Part shown: piece by piece, positions 55,608 through 64,000 of the stretch
Layout of the letters: the number at the start of each line of letters is the position of its first letter
How positions within the stretch are numbered: position 1 is the stretch's first letter
IMG/VR virus record: IMGVR_UViG_3300044633_001982
Length of the DNA: 64,000 nucleotides
Origin: a virus
Lineage: Duplodnaviria; Caudoviricetes
Strand: one strand, 5' to 3'
Translations under genes and position numbers: made by a program
Notes under the pieces: model-generated
Database searches by the model: none
What the model saw: only the letters and a program-made list of their open reading frames with translations
Told to the model about the DNA's origin: nothing

Positions 55608-57241
55608 AAATTAATTATGTCTATATAATTTTGTTTTATTTTTTTAGTAACATTTAATGAATCAAATCTTTCCACATCTAAAGGTGGCTCATGTAATTTT
55701 TTATCGATTATGTTACCTAAATTATCAATGTTGTATATCCAACCACTTTTACCGCACATCCAACCTTCAATTGTAGTTCTACCTAATAAAATACCAGCAG
55801 TTTCGGAACAATCTTTAACATATTTTTGTACATCAATCGTACTGTCAAAATATTTTACATGAGACTCATTTAAAATTGAATTTAAATAGTTTGATTGATT
55901 TTTACCTACAATATATAATGTTTTATTATTTTCTTTAGTGGTTTTAATTAAATCAAAAATGGTTTGTTTTCGTATCTCGTCAATTGTCCCAACAAATAAA
56001 GTGTAACCTAAATCTTTTGTATTTTTAATATTAAATTTTTCAGAATTAATTGGGTTGTAAATAACTTCAACAAGGTTTTCGGGTACGTTAAAATTTTTAA
56101 CAATACACTCTTTAATCTCAGGTCGAATTGCTATGTATTTTTTAACACTCTCATTAATTATTGGATTTTCTAAAGAAATGACTTCAGAATGTATAGTATA
56201 TATTTTTTTAATATCGGGATATAAATTATTTAACGTATTTACAACAGGTTGGTGTTGGTAATGAATAATATCAAACGTTTCATTTGAGATTCTATAATAT
56301 TTGTTTTTTTCAGTTGTTATTATCCCATTTGGTGTAGACATCCTCCAAATTCCGTCCCCCATTTTAAACCCTGGAGGTTCTGTAATATTATAAACTTTAA
56401 TCCCTTCTTTTTTAGCAATTTCAGATAATCTACCGACAGTTTCATAAGCAACAATAGAAACATCTACATTCATTTTTAGTAAATTTTTGGATAGTTCGTA
56501 AACGTACATTTCAGAACCTGTAAATTCTCTAAAAAATAAACAACCAATTAAAACTTTTAATTTGTCATTTTCGGTTACTTTTATTTTTGAAGGTAAGTTG
56601 TTTTTATACTTTTCAGAAAAAATTTTCCTATTTTCTTCCCATTTTTCATTTGTCATTCCTATTGACTTATGGGTGATTCTAATATTTGTAATTACTCCAA
56701 TCTTACACCCACTTAAATAATTTTTAAAACAAAAATTGACATCATAAAAATGGAATCCATCAACTGATTCATCAAAAGAGTCTTTAATTTTTTGTTTATT
56801 TAAACACATAAACAAACCGTCAACAAGTACAACTTCTTTAACATTGTTTTGTAAAGAATCCGAATACCTTGATTCCCATTTTTTACCATCATGTTCATGA
56901 TTCACAATACCAAACATTTTAGACCTATCTTCCCACCACATACCACTAATAGGTAAACTTGTTGTTCCTGCAACTCCTAAAATTGAAAACTCATTATTTC
57001 TATCAAAAACTTTTTTAAGTTTTTCCCCCCAATTTTTTGTATCAAAATAAATGTCATCATGACACAATACTACAATATCATTAGTTGACTCAGATAATAT
57101 TTCGTTATAAACAACTGAAAGATTTTTTTCACCATTGTTAACTTTTTCAATAATCTGTATTTTTGGGTTACCACATGATTTTTTTAAATATTCCTGAAAT
57201 TCAGGATTTGATTTTCTTGTACTATATCCAATTGTTATCAT
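55604..57241 (-). CDS. Two-domain glycosyltransferase (GT2-like + GT-B)
   Basis: YNE...DIVVLCHDD, LVDGLFM, FHFYDV (N-terminal); GSEMYVYELS, VIYNPIN, GRTTIEGWMCG (C-terminal). Confidence 0.8.
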   Translation of the reverse strand: MITIGYSTRKSNPEFQEYLKKSCGNPKIQIIEKVNNGEKNLSVVYNEILSESTNDIVVLCHDDIYFDTKNWGEKLKKVFDRNNEFSILGVAGTTSLPISGMWWEDRSKMFGIVNHEHDGKKWESRYSDSLQNNVKEVVLVDGLFMCLNKQKIKDSFDESVDGFHFYDVNFCFKNYLSGCKIGVITNIRITHKSIGMTNEKWEENRKIFSEKYKNNLPSKIKVTENDKLKVLIGCLFFREFTGSEMYVYELSKNLLKMNVDVSIVAYETVGRLSEIAKKEGIKVYNITEPPGFKMGDGIWRMSTPNGIITTEKNKYYRISNETFDIIHYQHQPVVNTLNNLYPDIKKIYTIHSEVISLENPIINESVKKYIAIRPEIKECIVKNFNVPENLVEVIYNPINSEKFNIKNTKDLGYTLFVGTIDEIRKQTIFDLIKTTKENNKTLYIVGKNQSNYLNSILNESHVKYFDSTIDVQKYVKDCSETAGILLGRTTIEGWMCGKSGWIYNIDNLGNIIDKKLHEPPLDVERFDSLNVTKKIKQNYIDIINL

Positions 57242-57837
57242 ATTCCTGTACTTCCAAATCCGTTTTCACCACGGTCTTTATTTTCAACTTTACTTACTTT
57301 AACCAAATTAACATTTCTACCGGGATAACATTTGGATAAAACCGCTTGAGCAATTTTCATACCTTTAGTAATTTTAAATGATTCTTTATTTGTATTAAAC
57401 ACTATTACTTGTACCTCACCAGTGTACCCCTCATCAACAGTACCTGGACTATTAAGAACCATTAACCCTTGTTTAAGAGCTAATCCACTTTTTGACCTAA
57501 CCTGAATTTCAAAACCTTCAGGTATCTCAAATCTAATGCCCGTAGGTATTAAAGCTCTTCCAAAAGCTTCAATTGAAATTTCCTCTGTTGAGTATAAATC
57601 AAACCCACTGTCGGATACGTAATTATACTTTAAATCTAAATCAGTTTCCGATGAATAAGGTAAGTCAAGTTTTTTCATAGACTCTATCATTTTGTCTTCA
57701 AAGTCTTTTAAATCAATACCATAATCATCCGAAATTTGTTTATATAAATTCAAATTAGATTCTTTATCTAAAGATTCTTGAATTTTTTTCATTTCCTCAT
57801 ATAAATCAAAATCCTCGTCGTTAATATCTAAATTCAT
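57238..57837 (-). CDS. dut: dUTPase
   Basis: SGFDL, IPTGI, RSKSG, NSPGTVDEGYTGE, KIAQ, RGENGFGSTG. Confidence 0.95.
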   Translation of the reverse strand: MNLDINDEDFDLYEEMKKIQESLDKESNLNLYKQISDDYGIDLKDFEDKMIESMKKLDLPYSSETDLDLKYNYVSDSGFDLYSTEEISIEAFGRALIPTGIRFEIPEGFEIQVRSKSGLALKQGLMVLNSPGTVDEGYTGEVQVIVFNTNKESFKITKGMKIAQAVLSKCYPGRNVNLVKVSKVENKDRGENGFGSTGI

Positions 57838-58535
57838 TTTAAATTTTTAATTTTTTTAACAACATTTATTAAAACCTCAACGTCTTTTTCACAGTAATCT
57901 TGTATCTCTTGGTATTTGTTTTCATTCCAAAAATAATAGTGTACTTTATTACCCGTAACTTCCATATTTTTAGATGATTCAATTCCTAAAGATATACACA
58001 TCAATTCTAAAGAACTGATTGCTCCAAATTGACCAAATTGCCAAATATCTTTAGTGTCAACCGCTTTAACTTCCCAAGGTTTTGTGTCGGGAGTTGGTAA
58101 AATTGATGATGGTAATATACCATTAATTATCATTCTTTTTCCTAACACAGGAATATCAAAATTCTTAATATTATGTCCACAAAGCACAAACCCTAATTTA
58201 TCAACACGATTTAATAGTGTGTTGACATCTTTTAATAATTGAGTTTCATCTGAATTAAAAAAAGTTTGTTTTTTAACTGTATTATCAGGTCCAATAAACC
58301 CTACTGAGACACAAATTATTTTACAAAATTCAGGTACTAAAGCGGCTCGGTTAACAAATATATCTTCTTTTGATTTATCTGAATCTTCAGTAAATCTTTT
58401 TTGAAACCAATCTAAATAATTATCAAATTGATAACAAAGAGACGGGTAGTCTCTTTTGAAAGTATCGTAATTACTTGAAACCCCAACAGTCTCAATATCT
58501 ATAAATAATAGTTTGTTTAATGGGTACTGTATCAT
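57834..58535 (-). CDS. DnaQ-like 3'-5' exonuclease (PolB-exo-related)
   Basis: LFIDIET, GHNIKNFDIP, YCEKDV. Confidence 0.85.
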   Translation of the reverse strand: MIQYPLNKLLFIDIETVGVSSNYDTFKRDYPSLCYQFDNYLDWFQKRFTEDSDKSKEDIFVNRAALVPEFCKIICVSVGFIGPDNTVKKQTFFNSDETQLLKDVNTLLNRVDKLGFVLCGHNIKNFDIPVLGKRMIINGILPSSILPTPDTKPWEVKAVDTKDIWQFGQFGAISSLELMCISLGIESSKNMEVTGNKVHYYFWNENKYQEIQDYCEKDVEVLINVVKKIKNLK

Positions 58536-58538
58536 AAA

Positions 58539-59756
58539 TTATTTTAATAAACTGAAATAAAGTTCTTTTCTATCTTTGGTTACGTTATTTAAATCGTATT
58601 TTTTTGAGACTGTTTCATACAATCTTTCACCTAAATCAACAATCATATTTGGATTATTGACTAATTTTTTAATGTTTTTTGACCAATCGGAGTGATTACG
58701 AGTTTCCTCAATTAATAAAGCGTTTCCGTCAACAAACTCACCATGATTAAGAGCGTGTTTTAAATCAACAGTGTAAGGTCCAACATTAGATGCAATTAAC
58801 GCTCTTTTGTAAAACCCCGCTTCAATAACTTTTAACTGTGATTTAACTTTATTAAAAATATGGTTTTTAATTGGGGCTAATGATATATCAAATTTTGAAT
58901 AATTTTTGGCGTAAGATGTTGTAGGTAATGTCCAAACTCTTCGGTACCCTTCATTTAATTCATTAAAGTAAGGTTCATCTTTAAATTTCATTAAATGTGA
59001 TTTATACTCAGGACTAATAATTTTATAATTATTTGTGAATATTTCTTCGTACTTTACCCATACTGTTTCTTCAGGTTTAATTGGTCGAACTTTCTTTTCA
59101 CCAGTCTCTTTGTTATACTCAGTCATTGACCCTCTAGTGTCAAATCCACATAAAACATATTGTAGTTTATCATTTAAAGAACCTAACTTATTTATCATCC
59201 CATCAAGTAAATTAAGGTCATGTAAATGTGAAGAACCCCCTAACCACCCAACTCTAATTCTGTCAGACTCAATTGATGGTTCCTTAAATTGAGGTTCATT
59301 AGGGTCAATTGCATTTGGTAATACTGACACATTTTTATTTATTTTAGACACCTCGTGTGCAAATATTGGGGTTGTAGTAGTGACATGTGACGCCACCTTT
59401 ATTTGTGCAATAATTCTCTCATTTATTTTTTCTTCAACAATGATTGAATGTAATGGATGTTCTTTGGTAGGTAACCAATAGTCATCTATGTCACAAATTG
59501 TAACCACCCCATCAGAATTTAGTTTATTAATTAATTCTAATGATTTATCATAATCAGTTCCTATTAATCTGTGAAAATGAACAATATCGTATTTTTTCCA
59601 AAATCTATCGTCATTGTAATCCACATCAAATTCAATGTCAACGTGTACTTCGTTTGGATATAATTTTTGTAAACATACGTGTGGGTCAACCGACCTAAAT
59701 TTACCAACACCACTTCTATCTGAAGGTAAAACTAAAATATTAATTTTTTTACTCAT
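58539..59756 (-). CDS. GT-B fold glycosyltransferase
   Basis: CDIDDYW, VLPNAID, RVGWLGG, DISLAP, KSQLKVIEAG; start moved to ATG 59756. Confidence 0.8.
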   Translation of the reverse strand: MSKKINILVLPSDRSGVGKFRSVDPHVCLQKLYPNEVHVDIEFDVDYNDDRFWKKYDIVHFHRLIGTDYDKSLELINKLNSDGVVTICDIDDYWLPTKEHPLHSIIVEEKINERIIAQIKVASHVTTTTPIFAHEVSKINKNVSVLPNAIDPNEPQFKEPSIESDRIRVGWLGGSSHLHDLNLLDGMINKLGSLNDKLQYVLCGFDTRGSMTEYNKETGEKKVRPIKPEETVWVKYEEIFTNNYKIISPEYKSHLMKFKDEPYFNELNEGYRRVWTLPTTSYAKNYSKFDISLAPIKNHIFNKVKSQLKVIEAGFYKRALIASNVGPYTVDLKHALNHGEFVDGNALLIEETRNHSDWSKNIKKLVNNPNMIVDLGERLYETVSKKYDLNNVTKDRKELYFSLLK

Positions 59757-59763
59757 AGAAATA

Positions 59764-59792
59764 ATTATAGTACTTAATCTACAATATTTCAA
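59764..59792 (-). promoter_or_regulatory. Candidate promoter of the glycosylation island
   Basis: TTGAAA-N17-TATAAT, 7 nt before ATG 59756 and immediately after a terminator. Confidence 0.45.
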
Positions 59793-59807
59793 CACATATG
59801 AATAAAA

Positions 59808-59826
59808 AACCCCCTAAGTGGGGGTT
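59808..59826. terminator. Terminator-like hairpin separating the late unit from the glycosylation island
   Basis: AACCCCC-TAAGT-GGGGGTT followed by a T run on the minus strand. Confidence 0.7.
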
Positions 59827-59829
59827 CAT

Positions 59830-60408
59830 TTATTTTAATTTTTTTATTTTAGTTATTTTACCTTCAAAAATGTGGTCGCCAACTTTAATTTGGACTACTT
59901 GTTGTGACTTTTGTTCTGATTCGTGTATTATTCCTTTTTCTGTCAAAACTTCGGTAACTACTTCTTTAAGCATTTTTCGTAAATCAGAATTGTTTGAAGT
60001 TTGAGGAACTGTGGATTTTTTGTTAGTAGATGTCTCAACAATAGACTCTTTATTTTGATTCATTAATCTGGCAGCTCTTTCAATAATGTCGTCTGAAATT
60101 GTAGGTGATGATGGTTGTGGTGATTGTATTGGGTGTTCAATCATTAATTGTTTAATTGCGTCAGGTAATTTAGAACTTAAAATTCTATCTTTTGTATTTG
60201 TAAATTGTTTTGATTGTACGGGTTTAGACTCAGTCATAAATTCCTGTGGAATATTATAACTAGCCTGGGGAATATTAAAATCTTGAATTTCAGGACTACT
60301 ATTAAAATTTGATTCTGAAATATTTCTAACATCTCCTCTTTTGATGTTATCACTTTTATCCATGATTTTTTTTGAAATCATGAGTTTTTGTATTAAATCT
60401 TCTGTCAT
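59830..60408 (-). CDS. Hypothetical protein
   Basis: 192-aa ORF. Confidence 0.75.
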   Translation of the reverse strand: MTEDLIQKLMISKKIMDKSDNIKRGDVRNISESNFNSSPEIQDFNIPQASYNIPQEFMTESKPVQSKQFTNTKDRILSSKLPDAIKQLMIEHPIQSPQPSSPTISDDIIERAARLMNQNKESIVETSTNKKSTVPQTSNNSDLRKMLKEVVTEVLTEKGIIHESEQKSQQVVQIKVGDHIFEGKITKIKKLK

Positions 60409-60418
60409 ATTCTTTATA

Positions 60419-60802
60419 TTAAATAAACTTTGCTAAAATGTCAATTGATATCATTCTTTTGTCTCCATTTGGATTAAAACCTGGTCTGACTTCAGAAAAC
60501 TCGATATCTGTTGGAGTCACACTTAAAATGTCTCTAACTTTAAAATATCTCCATCCTGGCATAGGACGTTGTCTTAAATATCCTCTATGAGACGCTCCTT
60601 CTCTTTCCCACGCACACAATACTTGATTACCTTTTTTATTAACTCCTAAGCACACTGGCTCAATAACACGAATACCTTTACCTCCGGGTTCATCACCATT
60701 ATATGTTATATAAATAACTTTGCGTTGGGATATGGCATCTCGTATATCACGAAAAGTAACAGTCTCAACCAATAGTGATTTTAATGAGTTTATTAATTTC
60801 AT
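60419..60802 (-). CDS. Stand-alone WYL-domain protein
   Basis: AISQRKVIYITY....GIRVIEPVCLG...VLCAW...GWRYFKVRDILSV follows the WYL pattern AI..r.v...Y...R.vEP..l....l.a....R.F...rI..v. Confidence 0.7.
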   Translation of the reverse strand: MKLINSLKSLLVETVTFRDIRDAISQRKVIYITYNGDEPGGKGIRVIEPVCLGVNKKGNQVLCAWEREGASHRGYLRQRPMPGWRYFKVRDILSVTPTDIEFSEVRPGFNPNGDKRMISIDILAKFI

Positions 60803-61104
60803 TATACTGATGGGGTAGTGTAAGGTACTTGAGCTTTATAGTAATTAATTGCAACTTCTGACGCTCTTTCTTGTACGTCTCTATTGTTACCTGCAACAAA
60901 ATCATAAGCGTTTAATAAACCATCGTTTCCTGTACCCTTACCTTGAGCATCGCCAGTTGCTAATGCGTCAGGATTTGTTGCACTGTATTGATTCGTTTGA
61001 AAATAATCATTAGTTGGAATTAATGTTCCTCTTTGTTGAACACCAATTTGACCTAGTTGGTTTAATTGTTGTTGCTCAAAATTAATTGGAATGTAACTTG
61101 GCAT
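60802..61104 (-). CDS. Hypothetical protein (possibly structural)
   Basis: 100 aa, Gln/Asn/Gly-rich. Confidence 0.7.
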   Translation of the reverse strand: MPSYIPINFEQQQLNQLGQIGVQQRGTLIPTNDYFQTNQYSATNPDALATGDAQGKGTGNDGLLNAYDFVAGNNRDVQERASEVAINYYKAQVPYTTPSV

Positions 61105-61108
61105 AATT

Positions 61109-61573
61109 TTAAATTATTATTTTTATTATTTCGTTTATTCTTTCTATATCTTCAAATATAGAAGATGCGTGTCTAAAGCTTGTTTTTTTGTGACTCAAAG
61201 ATGGTCTAACACCATTCAATGGGTTTTTAGTATGAGTTTTTATAAAAGAATTTGACAAACCTGAATCCATTCTATGTTTTTTAGAAGTTTTAAGTGTTTG
61301 TCTATCTTGGTTTAATAACATATTAACCCAATTTTTCATCCTATCTCCACCCATTAATTCATATCTTTCTTTACTTAAATTTCCACTTTCAAATTTGTTT
61401 TTATAATTTTTTAAAAGTTGATATGATATTTTTTTATTATCTCTTAAATTTATATTTTTTTTATAACCTGAAGTATTATAAAACCTAGTACTATGTTCAT
61501 CAAACCCTTTTTGTAAAGATTCAATAACATCACTTGGGATATCGTACTCTTTATTATATAAATCTTTATTCAT
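61109..61573 (-). CDS. Hypothetical protein
   Basis: 154 aa; ends IFEDIERINEIIKIII. Confidence 0.7.
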   Translation of the reverse strand: MNKDLYNKEYDIPSDVIESLQKGFDEHSTRFYNTSGYKKNINLRDNKKISYQLLKNYKNKFESGNLSKERYELMGGDRMKNWVNMLLNQDRQTLKTSKKHRMDSGLSNSFIKTHTKNPLNGVRPSLSHKKTSFRHASSIFEDIERINEIIKIII

Positions 61574-62426
61574 CCTTTTTTATCATTTTAACTAACTCAC
61601 CTAAACTAATACCTTCTTTGTCAGCCATCTTTTTTAAAGATTTTAGATTATTTAAAAAAGTTTTAGAAATTTTAGTTTCTTTTTTTGTGATATCTGAATC
61701 TTTTTTATTTTTTTGTACCAAAATATCCTCAATTAATTTCCTAGCGTCCTCATTCTTTTTTTCTTCAATTTTCCTTTTTTCAAAAAGATTAAAAGTCCCA
61801 ATAAAAGATTTTTTATTTTTAATTTTTTTGGGAGTATTTTTTTCTTTTTTATCTTTTATATCTTTACCAAATTTTTCAGTCCTGTCTTTTGCATCTTCAG
61901 GTTCCATCCCCATGTTTTTTACAAGATATTTGAATGTTTTTTTACCATCCATATTTTTGGTTTCATCCCAACCAAACGCACCATCCATATCAATTTCAAG
62001 TACAGGACCGTCCTCAATAGATTCTCCATAATAAACTCGATAACCTCTTGTTACGGGATTATTGGTTTGTCTTGTTGCAACAACTTCTTGGTCAGTAGTT
62101 TTAATTGGTGAAAGTTTTGGATTAATAATTGGTATTTTTGAACTTAAAAATGTTCCATCGTAATCAACTAATTCTCCAATCTCTCCTTTAAAATTTTTTA
62201 AATGAGATTTCATCTCATCAGTATTTTTTATTTTTTTTACTTTTTGTATTTTTTTAATTTCTTGTTTTACTTTTGGTAAATTTTTCTTTTCAAACAATAT
62301 AACTTTATCGTTTTTTCGTGCTTCACTTAAAGTATTTGAAACTGAATAATATAACGCAATATCATCTTCTCTTTCTTTTAAAAAGAAATAATAATTGTTA
62401 GAAAAAGTTTCAATTTTATTATTCAT
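61566..62426 (-). CDS. Hypothetical protein
   Basis: Start moved to ATG 62426, downstream of TATTTAT at 62440-62446. Confidence 0.7.
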   Translation of the reverse strand: MNNKIETFSNNYYFFLKEREDDIALYYSVSNTLSEARKNDKVILFEKKNLPKVKQEIKKIQKVKKIKNTDEMKSHLKNFKGEIGELVDYDGTFLSSKIPIINPKLSPIKTTDQEVVATRQTNNPVTRGYRVYYGESIEDGPVLEIDMDGAFGWDETKNMDGKKTFKYLVKNMGMEPEDAKDRTEKFGKDIKDKKEKNTPKKIKNKKSFIGTFNLFEKRKIEEKKNEDARKLIEDILVQKNKKDSDITKKETKISKTFLNNLKSLKKMADKEGISLGELVKMIKKDE

Positions 62427-62439
62427 AATGTTTTTACCT

Positions 62440-62465
62440 ATAAATACTTTGATTATTGTATTTAT
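62440..62465. promoter_or_regulatory. Back-to-back candidate late promoters
   Basis: TATTTAT on the minus strand (62440-62446) and plus strand (62459-62465, 6 nt before ATG 62472). Confidence 0.55.
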
Positions 62466-62471
62466 TAAAAG

Positions 62472-64000
62472 ATGAGTCAACAGAATATTAATCAATATGT
62501 CTTTAATAAGTGGAAATTAAATCCAAGTTGGAACAATTTGGACATGTCCTTAGCTTCTGATGAAAGAGATTTTAATGAAGAAGTTGTTTTTTCAACTCAA
62601 TTAATTGGAATAAACGATGGTAATAGATTACCAATTTATTTCGATTTAAATAACCCTAATTCTTCACAACAACCAACTTTAAATTATGGGGATTTCATGT
62701 CCGGAAATACTTTGGTTTCATTAAATTATTATAACCCAAATAATGAAAATATATCTTGTTTTACAGGTGATAGTTTATGTGATATTGGATTAGTTGGTAC
62801 CGATAATGGGTTAGTCCCTGAAATGTCAGGTGAAACAATATATTTTAGTATGGGATTATATAGTGGAACTACAAAATGGGATAGATATCATTTTGATAGA
62901 AGAACTAAATTAATTCCAATTACTGCATATACAACTGAAGATATTACTATAACACTTGAATCTATTATAGAACCAGGTTCTATTGTTGCGATATATAATT
63001 TAATATCTGAAGAAAATTTAGTTAATGATGTCACAATTAATTTTACAAATGTTTTAGGATATACTGGTGGGACTATTTTAGTTCAAACAGGTGTAACAAT
63101 ATCTTTAGGTAACTCTAGCGGGCAAACAATAGTAACTATTAATGAAAATTTCGATTCTTTAAATAGGACTTCATTGATAACAGGCGTGACCTCATCAGAA
63201 TCAGGAGGTGCGTACCAAATACAAGTAACCCCAAATCAAACGTTCGCCCCTGTCACTCCAACACCATTAATTACCCCAACAATTACTCCAACACCTAGCC
63301 AAACCCCAACACAAACTCCTAGTCAAACTGAAACCCCAACACAAACCCCAACACAAACTCCTAGTCAAACTGAAACTCCAACACAAACTCCAACACAAAC
63401 TCCTACACAAACCTCAACTCAGACTCCCACACAAACCTCAACTCAGACTCCCACACAAACTCCAACACAAACCTCAACTCAGACTCCTACACAAACCTCA
63501 ACTCAGACTCCTACACAGACACCAACACAAACTGAGACACCAACACAGACTCCTACACAGACACCAACACCTACACAGACACCAACACCTAGTATTACAC
63601 CAAGTATTACGCCTACAACTTATATAACTTATCATCTATTGGCACAAGATGGTTCAACAATCAGTATTCAAAACGGGGACAATATTACTTTATATAATTC
63701 GGCAATTACCCCAACACCGACTCAGACTCCAACTCAAACTCCAAGTCAAACTGCAACTCAAACTCAGACCCCAACTCAAACTCCAAGTCAAACTGCAACT
63801 CAAACTGCAACTCAAACCCCTACACAGACACAAACTCCTAGTCAAACTGCAACTCAAACCCCTACACAGACACAAACATCTACACCTACACAAACATTAG
63901 ACCTGTCTTCGACTCCAACACAAACTCCAACAACTACCCCAACTCCTACACCTGTTTATAATCGTATTTTGGTACAGGATGGGTCAACGTTAGCCGCACA
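62472..64000 (+). CDS. Large virion-type protein with mucin-like Thr/Pro/Gln repeats (3'-partial, not in ORF track)
   Basis: Manual translation MSQQNINQYVFNKWKLNP... stays open for 509 codons to the window edge. Confidence 0.85.
   Translation, partial: MSQQNINQYVFNKWKLNPSWNNLDMSLASDERDFNEEVVFSTQLIGINDGNRLPIYFDLNNPNSSQQPTLNYGDFMSGNTLVSLNYYNPNNENISCFTGDSLCDIGLVGTDNGLVPEMSGETIYFSMGLYSGTTKWDRYHFDRRTKLIPITAYTTEDITITLESIIEPGSIVAIYNLISEENLVNDVTINFTNVLGYTGGTILVQTGVTISLGNSSGQTIVTINENFDSLNRTSLITGVTSSESGGAYQIQVTPNQTFAPVTPTPLITPTITPTPSQTPTQTPSQTETPTQTPTQTPSQTETPTQTPTQTPTQTSTQTPTQTSTQTPTQTPTQTSTQTPTQTSTQTPTQTPTQTETPTQTPTQTPTPTQTPTPSITPSITPTTYITYHLLAQDGSTISIQNGDNITLYNSAITPTPTQTPTQTPSQTATQTQTPTQTPSQTATQTATQTPTQTQTPSQTATQTPTQTQTSTPTQTLDLSSTPTQTPTTTPTPTPVYNRILVQDGSTLAA
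63255..63955 (+). repeat. Two low-complexity in-frame (TPTQ)n arrays separated by a short spacer domain
   Basis: acacaaactcc/actcagactcc units; YHLLAQDGSTISIQNG after array 1 and NRILVQDGSTLAA after array 2. Confidence 0.9.

Noticed and set aside
37982-59756. Bacterial chromosomal O-antigen locus or a host/prophage junction
   Set aside because: No flippase, polymerase or housekeeping genes, integrase or att site were seen; the island is interleaved with phage-type phoH, dut, exonuclease and a gp55-like gene and has similar AT richness.
59764-59792. Canonical TTGAAA-N17-TATAAT (and TTGACA-N17-TATATT at 20209) as evidence for a Proteobacteria or Firmicutes host
   Set aside because: The same TTG-N20-TA geometry fits degenerate Bacteroidota promoters, and several exact TAnnTTTG sites plus the bS21 type point to Bacteroidota.
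127-62031. Numerous short antisense or off-frame track ORFs (e.g. 835-1185, 2542-2805, 8644-9039, 18919-19275, 43240-43596, 59798-60004, 61534-62031)
   Set aside because: They lie within or opposite well-supported genes or RNAs and have shadow-like composition (Ser/Phe/Leu-rich or His-rich).
63649-63900. Track ORFs 63649-63900(+) and 63690-63893(-)
   Set aside because: Off-frame shadows of the repeat region inside the real ORF starting at 62472.
63255-63955. Short repeats as a CRISPR array or DNA-level repeat element
   Set aside because: Units are multiples of 3 nt, vary at synonymous positions, have no unique spacers and lie in an open frame encoding TPTQ.
1-64000. Stop-codon reassignment as in some large Bacteroidota phages
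   Set aside because: Conserved genes are full length in code 11, and TAG terminates genes (e.g. at 4096-4098 and 1887-1889).

Overview
AT-rich, gene-dense 64-kb segment of a large tailed-phage genome with a T4-like head module (terminase, portal, prohead protease, scaffold, major capsid protein). The host is probably a Bacteroidota member, judged from TTTG-N19/20-TAnnTTTG promoters, a Bacteroidota-type bS21 and the lack of Shine-Dalgarno sites. Layout: (1) 1-10 kb: translation and proteostasis accessories, namely tRNA-Arg(UCU), a tmRNA with an unusually long tag, a putative ADP-ribosyltransferase, an N-domain-less ClpC-type ATPase, a peptidase, KTSC, a nucleotidyltransferase and a PspC mini-protein. 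(2) 10-37 kb: head genes with an antisense bS21 gene, several peptidoglycan hydrolases and baseplate or structural genes. (3) 37-60 kb: a gp55-like sigma factor and a ~22-kb single-strand glycosylation island with nine glycosyltransferase-like genes, a Gmd/ColD/ColC-type colitose route and a GmhA-NeuB-HAD-NeuA-Maf set that may make a non-canonical ulosonic acid. (4) 60-64 kb: a WYL protein, late genes and a mucin-like Thr/Pro-rich ORF missing from the supplied track. A TATTTAT motif sits just upstream of most structural genes (candidate late promoter). Unrelated late proteins share short leader and tail motifs that suggest capsid targeting. All calls come from motif reading by eye; no searches were run.
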